From IMG/VR virus record IMGVR_UViG_3300044997_001199, positions 124,001 to 188,000 of that record: a DNA stretch of 64,000 nt; one strand, written 5' to 3'. Both the position numbers and the translations under genes were made by a program. Shown one piece after another: positions 45,915 to 55,481 of this stretch. The first letter of the stretch is position 1. Each line of letters opens with the position of its first letter. The notes under the pieces are model-generated. The model was given only the letters and a program-made list of their open reading frames with translations. It was not told the origin of the DNA and searched no databases.

Positions 45915-47792
45915 CTAGGGATTGTTTCTTGCACGGTTCTTGGCTGTGAAATCAAATCGGTTGACGGCCTTGGCATAGCCCGCAGGTGTGCTCATGACCC
46001 AGCCTTCGTTGCCCGGACTCTGCTGATCCAGTTGTTCAAGCACTTGCATTTTGAGATCGTGCAACATCAAAAACAGTGCAAATGCCGCGATCATGCCGTC
46101 GGTGTTGGTCGTGGGCGACCGTAGATATTCCACAATGTTTTTGAATTTGCGTTCCGTGACACGTGTAGGCAACCATTGCAAAAAGCCCGACAGCAGATCG
46201 TTGAAGTTTCCGGTTCCGATCCGATGATTGATGTAGTCAACGCATAGTCTTGCCAGATCCGTGAGTTGCTGCCGTCTCATCTCCACCGGATTGAACAAGG
46301 TATCAATGGCTGTGCCGTGTTGTCGCAGAGTCTGGCCGATGCGCTGTACCAATTTGCTGTCCACGCCCACGTTCTTGGCACGTATGGGCTCCAGTAACAA
46401 CAGTCCCGGTACCTCATTGAATTTCACTCTGGCTATAGGCTGTTTGGGTTCACCCTGATCGGCATACATGCTGTGCATGGCTATGCCTGTTGTGCTATCG
46501 CCGATGCGTTGTCCCAGGGCAGATCTGGCTGGTATGCGATATTCCACGGTGTTGGGCTGAAACACATAGTTACCGGCCTGCAGCAGCGGCGTAGAAGTAT
46601 ACAATAGGTCGCCCTTGACATAACCACGGAAGTTGCTGGGGAGGCTTTGTTCCAACAAGGGGAACAGACTGGCGTACAATGCCATGAGTTCCCGGCGTTC
46701 GCCCGATCGCTGTTGTTGTATGCGAACCATCATGGCCGGCGAAGTGGCCAGACCATCGTAACCGCGAGCTTCAAATCCCGAACCATCGGTCAGCACAAAC
46801 TCACCGGTGGCCGGTTTGCGTCCAAATATCACTGCTGGTTTTCCGTCCCACTTGACCGTGGTAGTGGCTGCGGGATCGTCGACCACGTCGTGGATGATCG
46901 CCAAGGCCTGCTCGACTCCGGCTGAGGCTCGGCGGAACACCAGGTCTTCGAGGTGCTCAATGCCCTTGGCACGACCGCCCACACCGGGTTCGATTTCTTC
47001 CAATATCGCGGTGTCTTCAACCAAGGCCTGCATGCCTTGGTTGACAATGCGATCTCGCAGTCGCGCAATGAAGCTGACATCTGTTTCCTGCACTTGTTCA
47101 TCAAAGGGTATGCCTTCGCGTGCAGCATAGTCGCGAAAATCACGTAGTTTTTCTTCGCGACGAGGATCAGCGGCCAGTGCACGCACGATGCGCTCCACTG
47201 ACGCAAGATCTTCGGCGGCTGCTTGACTGTGCAGCAATCGCTTGGCGATTTCTGCAGGATCATCAGTGATCACACGTTCAGTGGCACGGTCAACCAGACC
47301 GTGCGTGACACTGATCTTGTATCCCAGAGACCTAGCCACACTGCTCAACAGCACGTTGCGAGTCGCGCCCTTGTAGGCCGACCCAGGATCCGCACGCATC
47401 ATGAACTTGGAGTAAGTGGGTTTGGGCACAAACATGAAATCGGTCTGCACATAGCCGCGGCGTGGCTCGCCACCAATGGGTGTGAGGAAATGCACTGCGG
47501 TGCCTGACCGCCGGACCCACTCGCGAGGATCTTGCCCTTGCTGACGAGCCCACTGTCCAAGTTGTTCAGCAAAGGTATTTTTGTCCACAGCTGTGCTGTC
47601 TACCGCAAGATCCAGATCGCCCGATGTAGGGCGAAGCCCAGTTGACCCTAGCATGTTGTTTTCTAGTTCAAGACCAGTGATAGATTCCAGCCAACGCACT
47701 GTGGACACGACATCGGCCAGGGCAATGCGCTGAGTGCGAGGTTGCCCTTTGGCATCTTTGAATACGTTGCCACCTTCGGCCAGCTGCATCAA
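45915..47792 (-). CDS. Two-domain protein: Pol-beta-like nucleotidyltransferase + DUF6267/KxDG ligase-like domain
   Basis: LGSTGLRPTSGDLDLAVD...VQTDFMF; then GIEHLEDL...TVKWDG.PAVIFG...KGDLLY...EGWV...K.V.R. Confidence 0.7.
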   Translation of the reverse strand: MMQLAEGGNVFKDAKGQPRTQRIALADVVSTVRWLESITGLELENNMLGSTGLRPTSGDLDLAVDSTAVDKNTFAEQLGQWARQQGQDPREWVRRSGTAVHFLTPIGGEPRRGYVQTDFMFVPKPTYSKFMMRADPGSAYKGATRNVLLSSVARSLGYKISVTHGLVDRATERVITDDPAEIAKRLLHSQAAAEDLASVERIVRALAADPRREEKLRDFRDYAAREGIPFDEQVQETDVSFIARLRDRIVNQGMQALVEDTAILEEIEPGVGGRAKGIEHLEDLVFRRASAGVEQALAIIHDVVDDPAATTTVKWDGKPAVIFGRKPATGEFVLTDGSGFEARGYDGLATSPAMMVRIQQQRSGERRELMALYASLFPLLEQSLPSNFRGYVKGDLLYTSTPLLQAGNYVFQPNTVEYRIPARSALGQRIGDSTTGIAMHSMYADQGEPKQPIARVKFNEVPGLLLLEPIRAKNVGVDSKLVQRIGQTLRQHGTAIDTLFNPVEMRRQQLTDLARLCVDYINHRIGTGNFNDLLSGFLQWLPTRVTERKFKNIVEYLRSPTTNTDGMIAAFALFLMLHDLKMQVLEQLDQQSPGNEGWVMSTPAGYAKAVNRFDFTAKNRARNNP

Positions 47793-48517
47793 ATCTTGCC
47801 CTGTCTACGCAACGTGGCAATAATCTGTGCGTTTTTGGGGTCAGCCGGATCCAACATTTCTCCTCCTATGGAAATCTGACCACCGGACTGTACTGTGACC
47901 CGAGGAGCTCCAGCCCGTTGGCGGCGCGGAGGCGACTGAAATGTTGCTAGGCTAGCTATGGTATAAAGTTTTTCTGCAGTGGTTTGCCACAAGCGAGAAA
48001 GTTTGGCCTGCTGAGCGTTTGAAGGTTCTGTGGCCACTGTGGCCAGTATGGTACCCATCGCGGTTTCCAGTTCTCGAACTGCATCAAGAGCTACTTTTGC
48101 TCCTTTGCCGCCATAGGCCTGAGGGTCGACCAATTTTGAAATTTCTCGGTAATCTTGTAATTCATCGTTGGACATCTTGTTCAGCGTGGAATTAAGTTGT
48201 GACACCAGGACACGCTTCAGTTGATCTCGAGGTATGTCCTTGACGCTGGTCACTCCGCGAGAACTGTAGGCTTGTGTCATGGCCTGTTGTATGGCCTGGC
48301 TCCACCCTGCATTGAGACTCTGTGCTATCTGATTGACCAGGGGCGCACTGGCTTGTGCGGCCCGACTTTGGGGATCAATGGCGAATCCCGGTGCATTTGA
48401 AGGTTGCGTGATACCTGCGGTACCGGCCTTCTGCGCCAGACGATTGACCGCACCTTGAAGGAACGATGATTGTGCACCTGGGTTGGTAAAGACATTGACA
48501 ATTTCATTGATCAGCAT
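47789..48517 (-). CDS. Probable internal head protein
   Basis: MLINEI leader; Gln/Ala-rich. Confidence 0.55.
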   Translation of the reverse strand: MLINEIVNVFTNPGAQSSFLQGAVNRLAQKAGTAGITQPSNAPGFAIDPQSRAAQASAPLVNQIAQSLNAGWSQAIQQAMTQAYSSRGVTSVKDIPRDQLKRVLVSQLNSTLNKMSNDELQDYREISKLVDPQAYGGKGAKVALDAVRELETAMGTILATVATEPSNAQQAKLSRLWQTTAEKLYTIASLATFQSPPRRQRAGAPRVTVQSGGQISIGGEMLDPADPKNAQIIATLRRQGKI

Positions 48518-48752
48518 GCACTCTCCTCACTGATCTGATGAATTTGCCTGGTTCTTTCATGCGCATGGCATTGAGAAGTTTGCGAGTGAGAATTTCTGCC
48601 TGCTCGGGAGAATATTCAGACTCGATCTGTTCGATCAAGCGTATGGCAGCATCAATGAGATTGTTGGCTCGGCTTTCGATCAAAAGCCGGCGGTCACGCT
48701 CGACGTAGAGGCTGTCCAGTTCTTCTAGTATGCTGCGAGTCTTTTTTTGCAT
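48504..48752 (-). CDS. Conserved hypothetical protein (MQKKTRSILEEL...)
   Basis: TAAATA box upstream; intact 82 aa. Confidence 0.75.
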   Translation of the reverse strand: MQKKTRSILEELDSLYVERDRRLLIESRANNLIDAAIRLIEQIESEYSPEQAEILTRKLLNAMRMKEPGKFIRSVRRVHADQ

Positions 48753-48826
48753 GTGATAGATCTTGGTGTATTATTTAGCGGCATGGCTTTTTCAATAAAT
48801 ATCTACTAGATGAGCAAGGATCACCA

Positions 48827-50275
48827 ATGACCAGTCAGATCAACCCCAACAACATCGATGGTAATTATCCTGTGGCCGGTGTGTCAAACAACACCCAGGG
48901 CATGCGCGACAACTTTACCAACACCCGTACCAACTTTCAGTATGCGGCCAACGAGATTACCGAACTGCGACAAAAGACTGTGTTGAAAACAGCCATCACT
49001 GGTAGCACGCTGGACAACAACATGAATGACAACCTACTGTATGCCGTACAGTTGAAGGATGTCAGTTATACCCAGATCACGGTGGCCACTACCGCAGGCA
49101 CAGTCAATCTAGATTATGCTGCTGGCATGTATCAACAGGTCAATACCACAGGATCCATCAGTCTGGCCTTTGCCGGCTGGCCTGTGGCCGGAACCGTTGG
49201 CACCCTGACAGTGAGCATCAGCATTACCGACACTGCATTCACAGTGACCTTGCCTGCTGCTGTGAGTCAGGGACTGCTGGGGCTCGAAGGTGTGACTCCC
49301 GGCGGCGCTGGGGTCACCAACACCATTACTTTTGGCCAGATTGGCAATTTTGTATTTGAATTTGTCACTGCCGATGCCGGAGAAACCATAACAATCGTCG
49401 ATCAATCGCGACCGCGCACAGTGTATACCTCGCCCATAGCAATCACATCTGAAGCCGTGAGCACGTCCACTGCGACCGGTGCTCTCACCGTGGACGGCGG
49501 AGTGGGCGTGTCGGGCGACCTCTATGTGGGCGGCGACATCGTAGGAAACATCGTGGTCACTGGTATCAGTCTCACTGGCACGGTCACAGGCGGCAACGTG
49601 ATTTCTCAAGGGGTCGTGACTGCAACTGGAAACATTTTGGGCGGCAACATGATTTCTCTAGGCACTGTGACTGCTGCTGGCAATGTCACTGCCACTGGTC
49701 TGCGAGCACAGACTCTGAGTCTCACCGGCAACATACTGTCGGCTGCCAATGTCACTGGCAATGTCAACGGTGGCAATCTACGCACCGATGGCCTGATGTC
49801 CGTGGCTGGCAATGTCACTGGTGGCAATCTCCGCACCGCAGGATTGGTCACTGCCACGGGCAATGTCACTGGTGGCAACATGATCACCACCGGATTGATC
49901 TCAGCTGCCGATGCCATCACTTCGTCGGGTGCCACCGCAGGAGTGGGCTACAGAACCGGTGCTGGCGGCACAGTGTCACAGTCAACTTCCAAGAGCACCG
50001 CAGTCACGCTCAACCGTGTCTGCGGCGAAATCACCATGAATGGTGCACAGTTGAACGGCGACAGCACAGTGAGTTTCACGCTCAACAATACTGCCGTGGC
50101 CAACACCGATGTGATCATAGTCAATCAAGTGGGCGGCGGCAACATTGGCGAATATGCATTCAATGGCAGCTGCGGCGCCGGCAGCGCAGAAATTTCAGTG
50201 CATAACATGACCGATGTCAATCGGTCCGATGCCATCGTGTTGAGATTCGTCGTAGTCAAGGCCGCGATCAATTGA
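48827..50275 (+). CDS. Tail fibre-like virion protein with GNVTGGNL repeats
   Basis: N-terminal MTSQINPNNIDG.YPVAG..N.TQG.RDNF..I/TRTNF; degenerate G-N-V-T-G-G-N repeats; late promoter. Confidence 0.75.
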   Translation: MTSQINPNNIDGNYPVAGVSNNTQGMRDNFTNTRTNFQYAANEITELRQKTVLKTAITGSTLDNNMNDNLLYAVQLKDVSYTQITVATTAGTVNLDYAAGMYQQVNTTGSISLAFAGWPVAGTVGTLTVSISITDTAFTVTLPAAVSQGLLGLEGVTPGGAGVTNTITFGQIGNFVFEFVTADAGETITIVDQSRPRTVYTSPIAITSEAVSTSTATGALTVDGGVGVSGDLYVGGDIVGNIVVTGISLTGTVTGGNVISQGVVTATGNILGGNMISLGTVTAAGNVTATGLRAQTLSLTGNILSAANVTGNVNGGNLRTDGLMSVAGNVTGGNLRTAGLVTATGNVTGGNMITTGLISAADAITSSGATAGVGYRTGAGGTVSQSTSKSTAVTLNRVCGEITMNGAQLNGDSTVSFTLNNTAVANTDVIIVNQVGGGNIGEYAFNGSCGAGSAEISVHNMTDVNRSDAIVLRFVVVKAAIN

Positions 50276-50297
50276 TCGCGCCACTAATGTTGTATAG

Positions 50298-50447
50298 CCA
50301 ATAGCCGCAGATGACACGGATAAAACCTCCTCCGCCCAGTGGGAACGAGCTGCAGGAACTCCGGCCTGGGAACAACCTGCCCGTGTCACAGCAGATATAC
50401 AAAGCGCCAAGCTAAAACAGTTACTGGGACAAATAAAACAATCATGA
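50298..50447 (+). pseudogene. 3' stump of a second replicative helicase gene
   Basis: ...PARVTADIQSAKLKQLLGQIKQS* vs resident helicase end PKITAEVQSNKLKQLLNQIKS*. Confidence 0.85.
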
Positions 50448-51097
50448 ATTTGATCTGTTTTCCACACTACACCTGTGGCGGCCTGTTGTGCGATGTGCTC
50501 AATGAAACCTGGAGCGATATTGCACCCAATGGTGGGATCGACTCCATACATCACAGCCTGGGCAAAATCGGAGATGACGACACAGTTTTGACCAACTATG
50601 ATCCGCAACAGCTGATCGATGGTTTGAAAAATCTACAGTGCAGTGACCATACTTGGATAGGCACACACTGCTGGCCCGGCAAACTGGATTTTGGCCTGTT
50701 TGATCAAGTCATTGCGGTCACAACTACCACATTCCGCAGCAAACTTTATCGTTGGGTCAGAGCATATCATCATTATTATCATGACTCAGAACCCTGGACA
50801 CAGACCCGGGCACAGGCCCGCATTGACAAAGAAAGAGAAACTGCCAAAAACTATGTCATAGCATTTGAACCGGTCAGTCATGCCTGTGTGACCAACATAG
50901 AGTTTGCAGAAATAGTGGACACCACAACTCAGTTCCGTAAACTGGTGGGCCAACATCCTGTTGACCAGCATGTTGCTCGATGGCAAAATATCAACAGTTT
51001 TTTATACCGTCCTGATCTATGGACCAGTACAGCAGCACAGCGTTTTTACGAAGCAGAGTTAGAAATCAATCTGCGGCAACACTATGTCTACCAATAA
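50444..51097 (+). CDS. Hypothetical protein, sulfotransferase-like N-terminal loop
   Basis: LICFPHYTCGGLLCDVL; similar opening in 58736..59611. Confidence 0.55.
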   Translation: MNLICFPHYTCGGLLCDVLNETWSDIAPNGGIDSIHHSLGKIGDDDTVLTNYDPQQLIDGLKNLQCSDHTWIGTHCWPGKLDFGLFDQVIAVTTTTFRSKLYRWVRAYHHYYHDSEPWTQTRAQARIDKERETAKNYVIAFEPVSHACVTNIEFAEIVDTTTQFRKLVGQHPVDQHVARWQNINSFLYRPDLWTSTAAQRFYEAELEINLRQHYVYQ

Positions 51098-51779
51098 AAT
51101 TTTTTGTTTCGGAGACGGGTATGCACACGGTCACATTTGGCCAGAATGGCCACAAATTTTACAGGCCTTGTTGCCCTATCATGACATAGTGACACACTCC
51201 GGAGTAGGAGCCGGCAATGAATTCCTGATAGATCGTCTGTTGACTTCACCCTGTGCCAACAGCACCGTGATTTTTCAATGGGCAAAATCACAAAGATTTG
51301 ACAAGCTCATACAAGATCAACCCTGGAAAGATCTAGCACTGCAAGACCCTGTGTATTTTTTCAACTTTGAAGAATCCCCGTCGGGCACCTGGTGGTTGTC
51401 CAGTGGCACACAAAATCGCAAAATCCGGGAATACCATGATTTTTTTGTACAGGACCAGCAGGCCAATCTGCGCACACACAATCAAAAAATACTGCTGGAA
51501 AATTATCTACAAAATCAACGTTGCCGTTATTGGTTTACCAGCACCCTGGAACAGGAAATATTCTCTAGAAAACATGCGTTGCGAGGTCCAGAAATCCAGC
51601 CCAGTCCTATATCTCATTTTTATTTTGTAGTAGACTGCATAAAGCCTGCTTTAGATCTGAGATTTGAACCAGGCAGACAACAAAAATTACAAACTCTGTT
51701 GCAAAACACTGTTTGGACACCCTTCGACCCAGATAGACAGTCAATTTGGCAAAAGATCTGCACACAGATTGGCCAGTGA
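51084..51779 (+). CDS. SGNH-hydrolase-like protein lacking block I Ser
   Basis: FCFGDGYAHG...WPQIL...GVGAGN. Confidence 0.55.
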   Translation: MSTNKIFCFGDGYAHGHIWPEWPQILQALLPYHDIVTHSGVGAGNEFLIDRLLTSPCANSTVIFQWAKSQRFDKLIQDQPWKDLALQDPVYFFNFEESPSGTWWLSSGTQNRKIREYHDFFVQDQQANLRTHNQKILLENYLQNQRCRYWFTSTLEQEIFSRKHALRGPEIQPSPISHFYFVVDCIKPALDLRFEPGRQQKLQTLLQNTVWTPFDPDRQSIWQKICTQIGQ

Positions 51780-51823
51780 TAGCAAGTCATTGTCCATAAA
51801 TAATAAAAAGGTACTAACCTAAC

Positions 51824-51946
51824 ATGCAGAAAAAGACTCGCAGTCTACTTGAAGAACTTGATGCCATGTACGTCCATCGCGACCGGCGCCATGTGATCGA
51901 AAGCCGCGCAGCCAATCTATTGCTATACAGTTACGTTGATGGTTAG
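51824..51946 (+). pseudogene. 5' stump of a paralog of 48504..48752
   Basis: MQKKTRSLLEELDAMYVHRDRRHVIESRAANL then unrelated LLYSYVDG*; own TAAATA box at ~51796. Confidence 0.88.
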
Positions 51947-51994
51947 CAAAATACCATCCGGCACGGTCAATACAAAAATATTTTTTATCTTTCA

Positions 51995-53380
51995 TTACGA
52001 TTTAATTTGATTCAATAGTTGTTTGAGTTTGTTTGACTGTACTTCTGCTGTGATCTTGGGCGTATCTTTGGCAGTTTCTTGCATGGTGCTACGTGCCTTG
52101 ATCGACTCCATTATGGCCGATGCAGGATTTCTGGCGTGGCCTTCTTGTGCTTCCTCGCCGAGATCAGTGATACGCATGGTTTCGACGTTGTATTCTAGAT
52201 CGATCTTCTGGCCCACGCCGGTCGAGCTGCGCGATTTCATGCACTGAATCTGATAGCGGCCACGCTCGCGCATGGCACGACTGGTAAAGATACCAAACAC
52301 ATTGTCTGCGGTGTTGATCTTGCTGATACCGCCCGAAATATGACTGTGGTCAAACTCAATCTCTTCCACCGCAGATCGATTCAATTGACTGGCAGTCACA
52401 AACAACACATTGAGTTCTTTGGCCAGATTTCTCAGTTCTTCACTTACATACTTGTCTTTGACAAATAGGTCATTGGGCGATACCTTGGCTGACACCGGCA
52501 TCAAGAGATCCAGATAGTCAACCATGACAAAGTCCACACGGATACCTGTCTGTATCTGCAGCTCCTTGAGATAACTGCGGATATCATTTACTGTGCTTTG
52601 TGCAGACAAGGCCTTGACTCGATATTGCCCGGCTTTTTTGGCTACCAGTCGAACTTTGAGTTCTGTGGTATCGATATCTTTGCGAATATCTTTGGTTGAC
52701 ATATTAGTCAGCATGGCATCGGTTCTCAGTGCACACAGTTCTTCGCTGAGTTCCAAACTTACATACACCCCCGACAGGCCCTGCTGCAACCAATTCAATG
52801 CCAGGTTCAGCATTACCAGGCTTTTGCCCGATCCTGACCCACCTGCAAAGATATTAAGTTCTCCGCGGCTGAATCCACCATAGAGTAACCGGTCCAGTGT
52901 AGACCATCCTGTGCTGACCTGACCACCAGAATTGAAATATCGATTGATACGATCTCGGGGATCGGCCCAGTAGTCTGTGCCCATGTCCCGCGTGAGGCTG
53001 ATTTGCACTGCATCTTTGATCAGTTTTTCTACCGGGTCATATTCACCTTTTTCTAGCAGGTCCGCTGATTTGAGAATGGCTCGTTCCAGTTCCTGTCTAC
53101 GTGTAAATGATTCAAACTCAGTGAGAAACCAATCAAAATGTCCTTCATTCAGATCGGGTATAGATTCTAATTTCGTACCAGTGGCTGCCGTGATCTGAGC
53201 GCGGTCAGGCATAGTGCGGAATTCGTCGCTGTGCCGTTGAATGAATCTAGCGGTATCGCGAAGGCTACGATCAAAATTGTCCGGATTGAAGATGTTTTGT
53301 ACGCGCACGTAACTCTGTGCATCCTCTAGCATCATCTCCAAAAACAATCGCTGAACATCAACTCCGTAATCTTTGAGCAA
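51995..53380 (-). CDS. Replicative DNA helicase (DnaB/T4 gp41-like)
   Basis: GGSGSGKS; SLELSE; VDYLDL; TASQLNRS; SGGISK..TAD; TTG start. Confidence 0.95.
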   Translation of the reverse strand: MLKDYGVDVQRLFLEMMLEDAQSYVRVQNIFNPDNFDRSLRDTARFIQRHSDEFRTMPDRAQITAATGTKLESIPDLNEGHFDWFLTEFESFTRRQELERAILKSADLLEKGEYDPVEKLIKDAVQISLTRDMGTDYWADPRDRINRYFNSGGQVSTGWSTLDRLLYGGFSRGELNIFAGGSGSGKSLVMLNLALNWLQQGLSGVYVSLELSEELCALRTDAMLTNMSTKDIRKDIDTTELKVRLVAKKAGQYRVKALSAQSTVNDIRSYLKELQIQTGIRVDFVMVDYLDLLMPVSAKVSPNDLFVKDKYVSEELRNLAKELNVLFVTASQLNRSAVEEIEFDHSHISGGISKINTADNVFGIFTSRAMRERGRYQIQCMKSRSSTGVGQKIDLEYNVETMRITDLGEEAQEGHARNPASAIMESIKARSTMQETAKDTPKITAEVQSNKLKQLLNQIKS

Positions 53381-54359
53381 GCTGGCGCCTCCGTAGTTCA
53401 ATTTTGATCCGGCTGGTTTCCCGGGCCTGCATTATAGTTAGCACAGTGGCCAACTGGCCCCAACGAACCACTGCATCATTGACATCCTTGACATCGCTGG
53501 GCCAGTCAGGCATTGATACTGCCCATCCCAGTTCTATGGCCCGATCCACCAGGCGCAGGCCGGCTTCGTCCTGGTCTGGCACCACAGTGATCGCACGGTC
53601 CAGACTGCGGATCAATCGTGCCTGTGTGTCGGAAATATCAGCATGAAGCACTGCTAGCCCCGACACGCTCAAGGCATCAAACACACCCTCGGTCACGATC
53701 ACATGTTTCCAGGTCGGGCGTTGTAGGTCTGTGCCAAACACATAACCAGGCTGGATGTCGTGGATGTACTTGGGTGTGCGGTCGTCCAACATGCGCGAAC
53801 TGTAACCCACTATGACATTGTCATAGGTAAATGGCACTATGACCTGGGGACGGGTCCAATGCACACCGTCGTTTTTCTTCACGTAACCAAACCGGACAGT
53901 CATGAGCGGATAATCCGCGGGCACTGCACGGCGTCTTGCATAGTGCCACTCTGCTTCGTGCTCGGGTGTCAGCAGCTCGGCACCAGGAGGCAAATCGCGT
54001 TCCTCAAAACGGATGCTTTGCGACTCGTTGGCTGTGCGTTGCCGATCGTCCAGGATGCCCTGGACATCCCGATGTCGCAGACTTTCCAGATTGGCGCGTT
54101 CAATTTCTTCCTGCGGTACTCCCAACCATGACAGCAGCCGACGAGACTTGAAACTTAGTGTCCGACCTTGTATAAAGTTAGCGGTATATCCACAATTGAA
54201 ACAATGATACCCCCACCCCCGATCGGACACCTTGATTCCACCGCGGCTGCGCCGATCAGCCGAAGTGCCGTTGTGCACACAACAAGGAGCATCAAAACTG
54301 ATCCAACCGCTGGCCGAGGCCTTGCGGCGCGCAGGAACATAGGTTAGAATATCTAACAT
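53358..54359 (-). CDS. DNA primase (T4 gp61-like)
   Basis: CCVHN...YHCFNCG Zn finger; VTEGVFDA; PDQDEAG; KDVND (TOPRIM). Confidence 0.93.
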   Translation of the reverse strand: MLDILTYVPARRKASASGWISFDAPCCVHNGTSADRRSRGGIKVSDRGWGYHCFNCGYTANFIQGRTLSFKSRRLLSWLGVPQEEIERANLESLRHRDVQGILDDRQRTANESQSIRFEERDLPPGAELLTPEHEAEWHYARRRAVPADYPLMTVRFGYVKKNDGVHWTRPQVIVPFTYDNVIVGYSSRMLDDRTPKYIHDIQPGYVFGTDLQRPTWKHVIVTEGVFDALSVSGLAVLHADISDTQARLIRSLDRAITVVPDQDEAGLRLVDRAIELGWAVSMPDWPSDVKDVNDAVVRWGQLATVLTIMQARETSRIKIELRRRQLAQRLRS

Positions 54360-54390
54360 GTCCATATTGTAACAGAACTCAAATCAACGA

Positions 54391-55461
54391 TCAACGGTAT
54401 TGGAGATTGGTAATCGTGCCGTTGTCGATGTAGACTGTGGCCGTTTGTGTGCCTTGAAACTGTATGGGAGTGTAGCCCGATCCACCATCCGTGATAGTGA
54501 TAGTGCTCACAGCGCCGTCGCTGCCGATGGTGGCTCGAGCACGAGCACCTGCCCCGTTGCCTAGAATCTGTACCCTGGGATTGGCCACATAATTTTGTCC
54601 AAGATTGCCCAGAGCAATGGAGGTCACCGCACCGGCTGTGGTCGTGGCCGTGGCCGTGGCTCCAGACCCAATGGAATTGTTGAATGCTGCTCGAATCAAG
54701 GGATGGAATCCCTGTATGTTAAAATATTGTGTGCTGGTCTCTGCAAAGTATTCAAAACTTTCAGTAATGTCGTACCAAACAGATTCACAGTTTTCTGCGC
54801 CTTGAAATTTCACAGTACCGGTAAATGTGTCAAGATCCATCTTTACGGTGGTCAGACTCTGATGACTGGTATCTATGTAACTGCTGTAGAATTCTGTGAG
54901 TTGAGTGGTATTGACCGGGGGTGGATAGTTGGCCCAGTCTGGCCAGTTGGTGGGGCCGGGCTGCAGTTGTTGAGCCTTGTCATAGATAGTGGGAATTGTC
55001 AAGACCGCGCTGGGCACAAACTCGGGCAACACACTGTCCACGATGTCGCAGTAGCCTCGGGCCTGTGAATTGGCATTGACATACACTGCCTGCACATAGT
55101 TGCCGCTGGTTCGTTCAACACTGTAACTGGCCGGCTGAGCAGTGATTTCAATGGTGTCGGCGGTATCCAGTACTACCTTGACACGCCCAGTGGGTGCATT
55201 GAGTATTTCCATGGGCTTTTCTATCAAGAGGCGATCGCCGTTTTGGCTCAGTAAACGGAACACAAAAGAACTGCCGGTAATATTCACTGGCTTCTGATCT
55301 TGATTGATGAACTCAAACAACAACACATTGTCTACACCTTTGTTTACAGTCAAATATTTTGCGTACACCGGGTCATACCTCGCAGTAAAGTATCCACCGC
55401 TGGTGTCGATCAATAATACTCGAACAATTTGTTGGTATAAGTAAGCAGTGGTAGAATACAT
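54391..55461 (-). CDS. Probable virion/baseplate protein
   Basis: Late promoter; BppU-like N-half; Gly/Thr-rich I.I...G..Y..P.V.I.G.G.GA.A.A C-terminal motif. Confidence 0.6.
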   Translation of the reverse strand: MYSTTAYLYQQIVRVLLIDTSGGYFTARYDPVYAKYLTVNKGVDNVLLFEFINQDQKPVNITGSSFVFRLLSQNGDRLLIEKPMEILNAPTGRVKVVLDTADTIEITAQPASYSVERTSGNYVQAVYVNANSQARGYCDIVDSVLPEFVPSAVLTIPTIYDKAQQLQPGPTNWPDWANYPPPVNTTQLTEFYSSYIDTSHQSLTTVKMDLDTFTGTVKFQGAENCESVWYDITESFEYFAETSTQYFNIQGFHPLIRAAFNNSIGSGATATATTTAGAVTSIALGNLGQNYVANPRVQILGNGAGARARATIGSDGAVSTITITDGGSGYTPIQFQGTQTATVYIDNGTITNLQYR

Positions 55462-55481
55462 AGGAACCTCAACAGATATTT

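Noticed and set aside
49560-49900. Mobile or regulatory repeats (GGCAATGTCACTGG...)
   Set aside because: They are degenerate codon-level echoes of the GNVTGGNL fibre repeat.
48504-51946. Site-specific invertible tail-fibre switch (Gin/Cin type)
   Set aside because: The flanking copies are too diverged and gene-like to be recombinase sites, no invertase is in the window, and inversion would not exchange fibre C-termini; kept instead as a capture/inversion scar.
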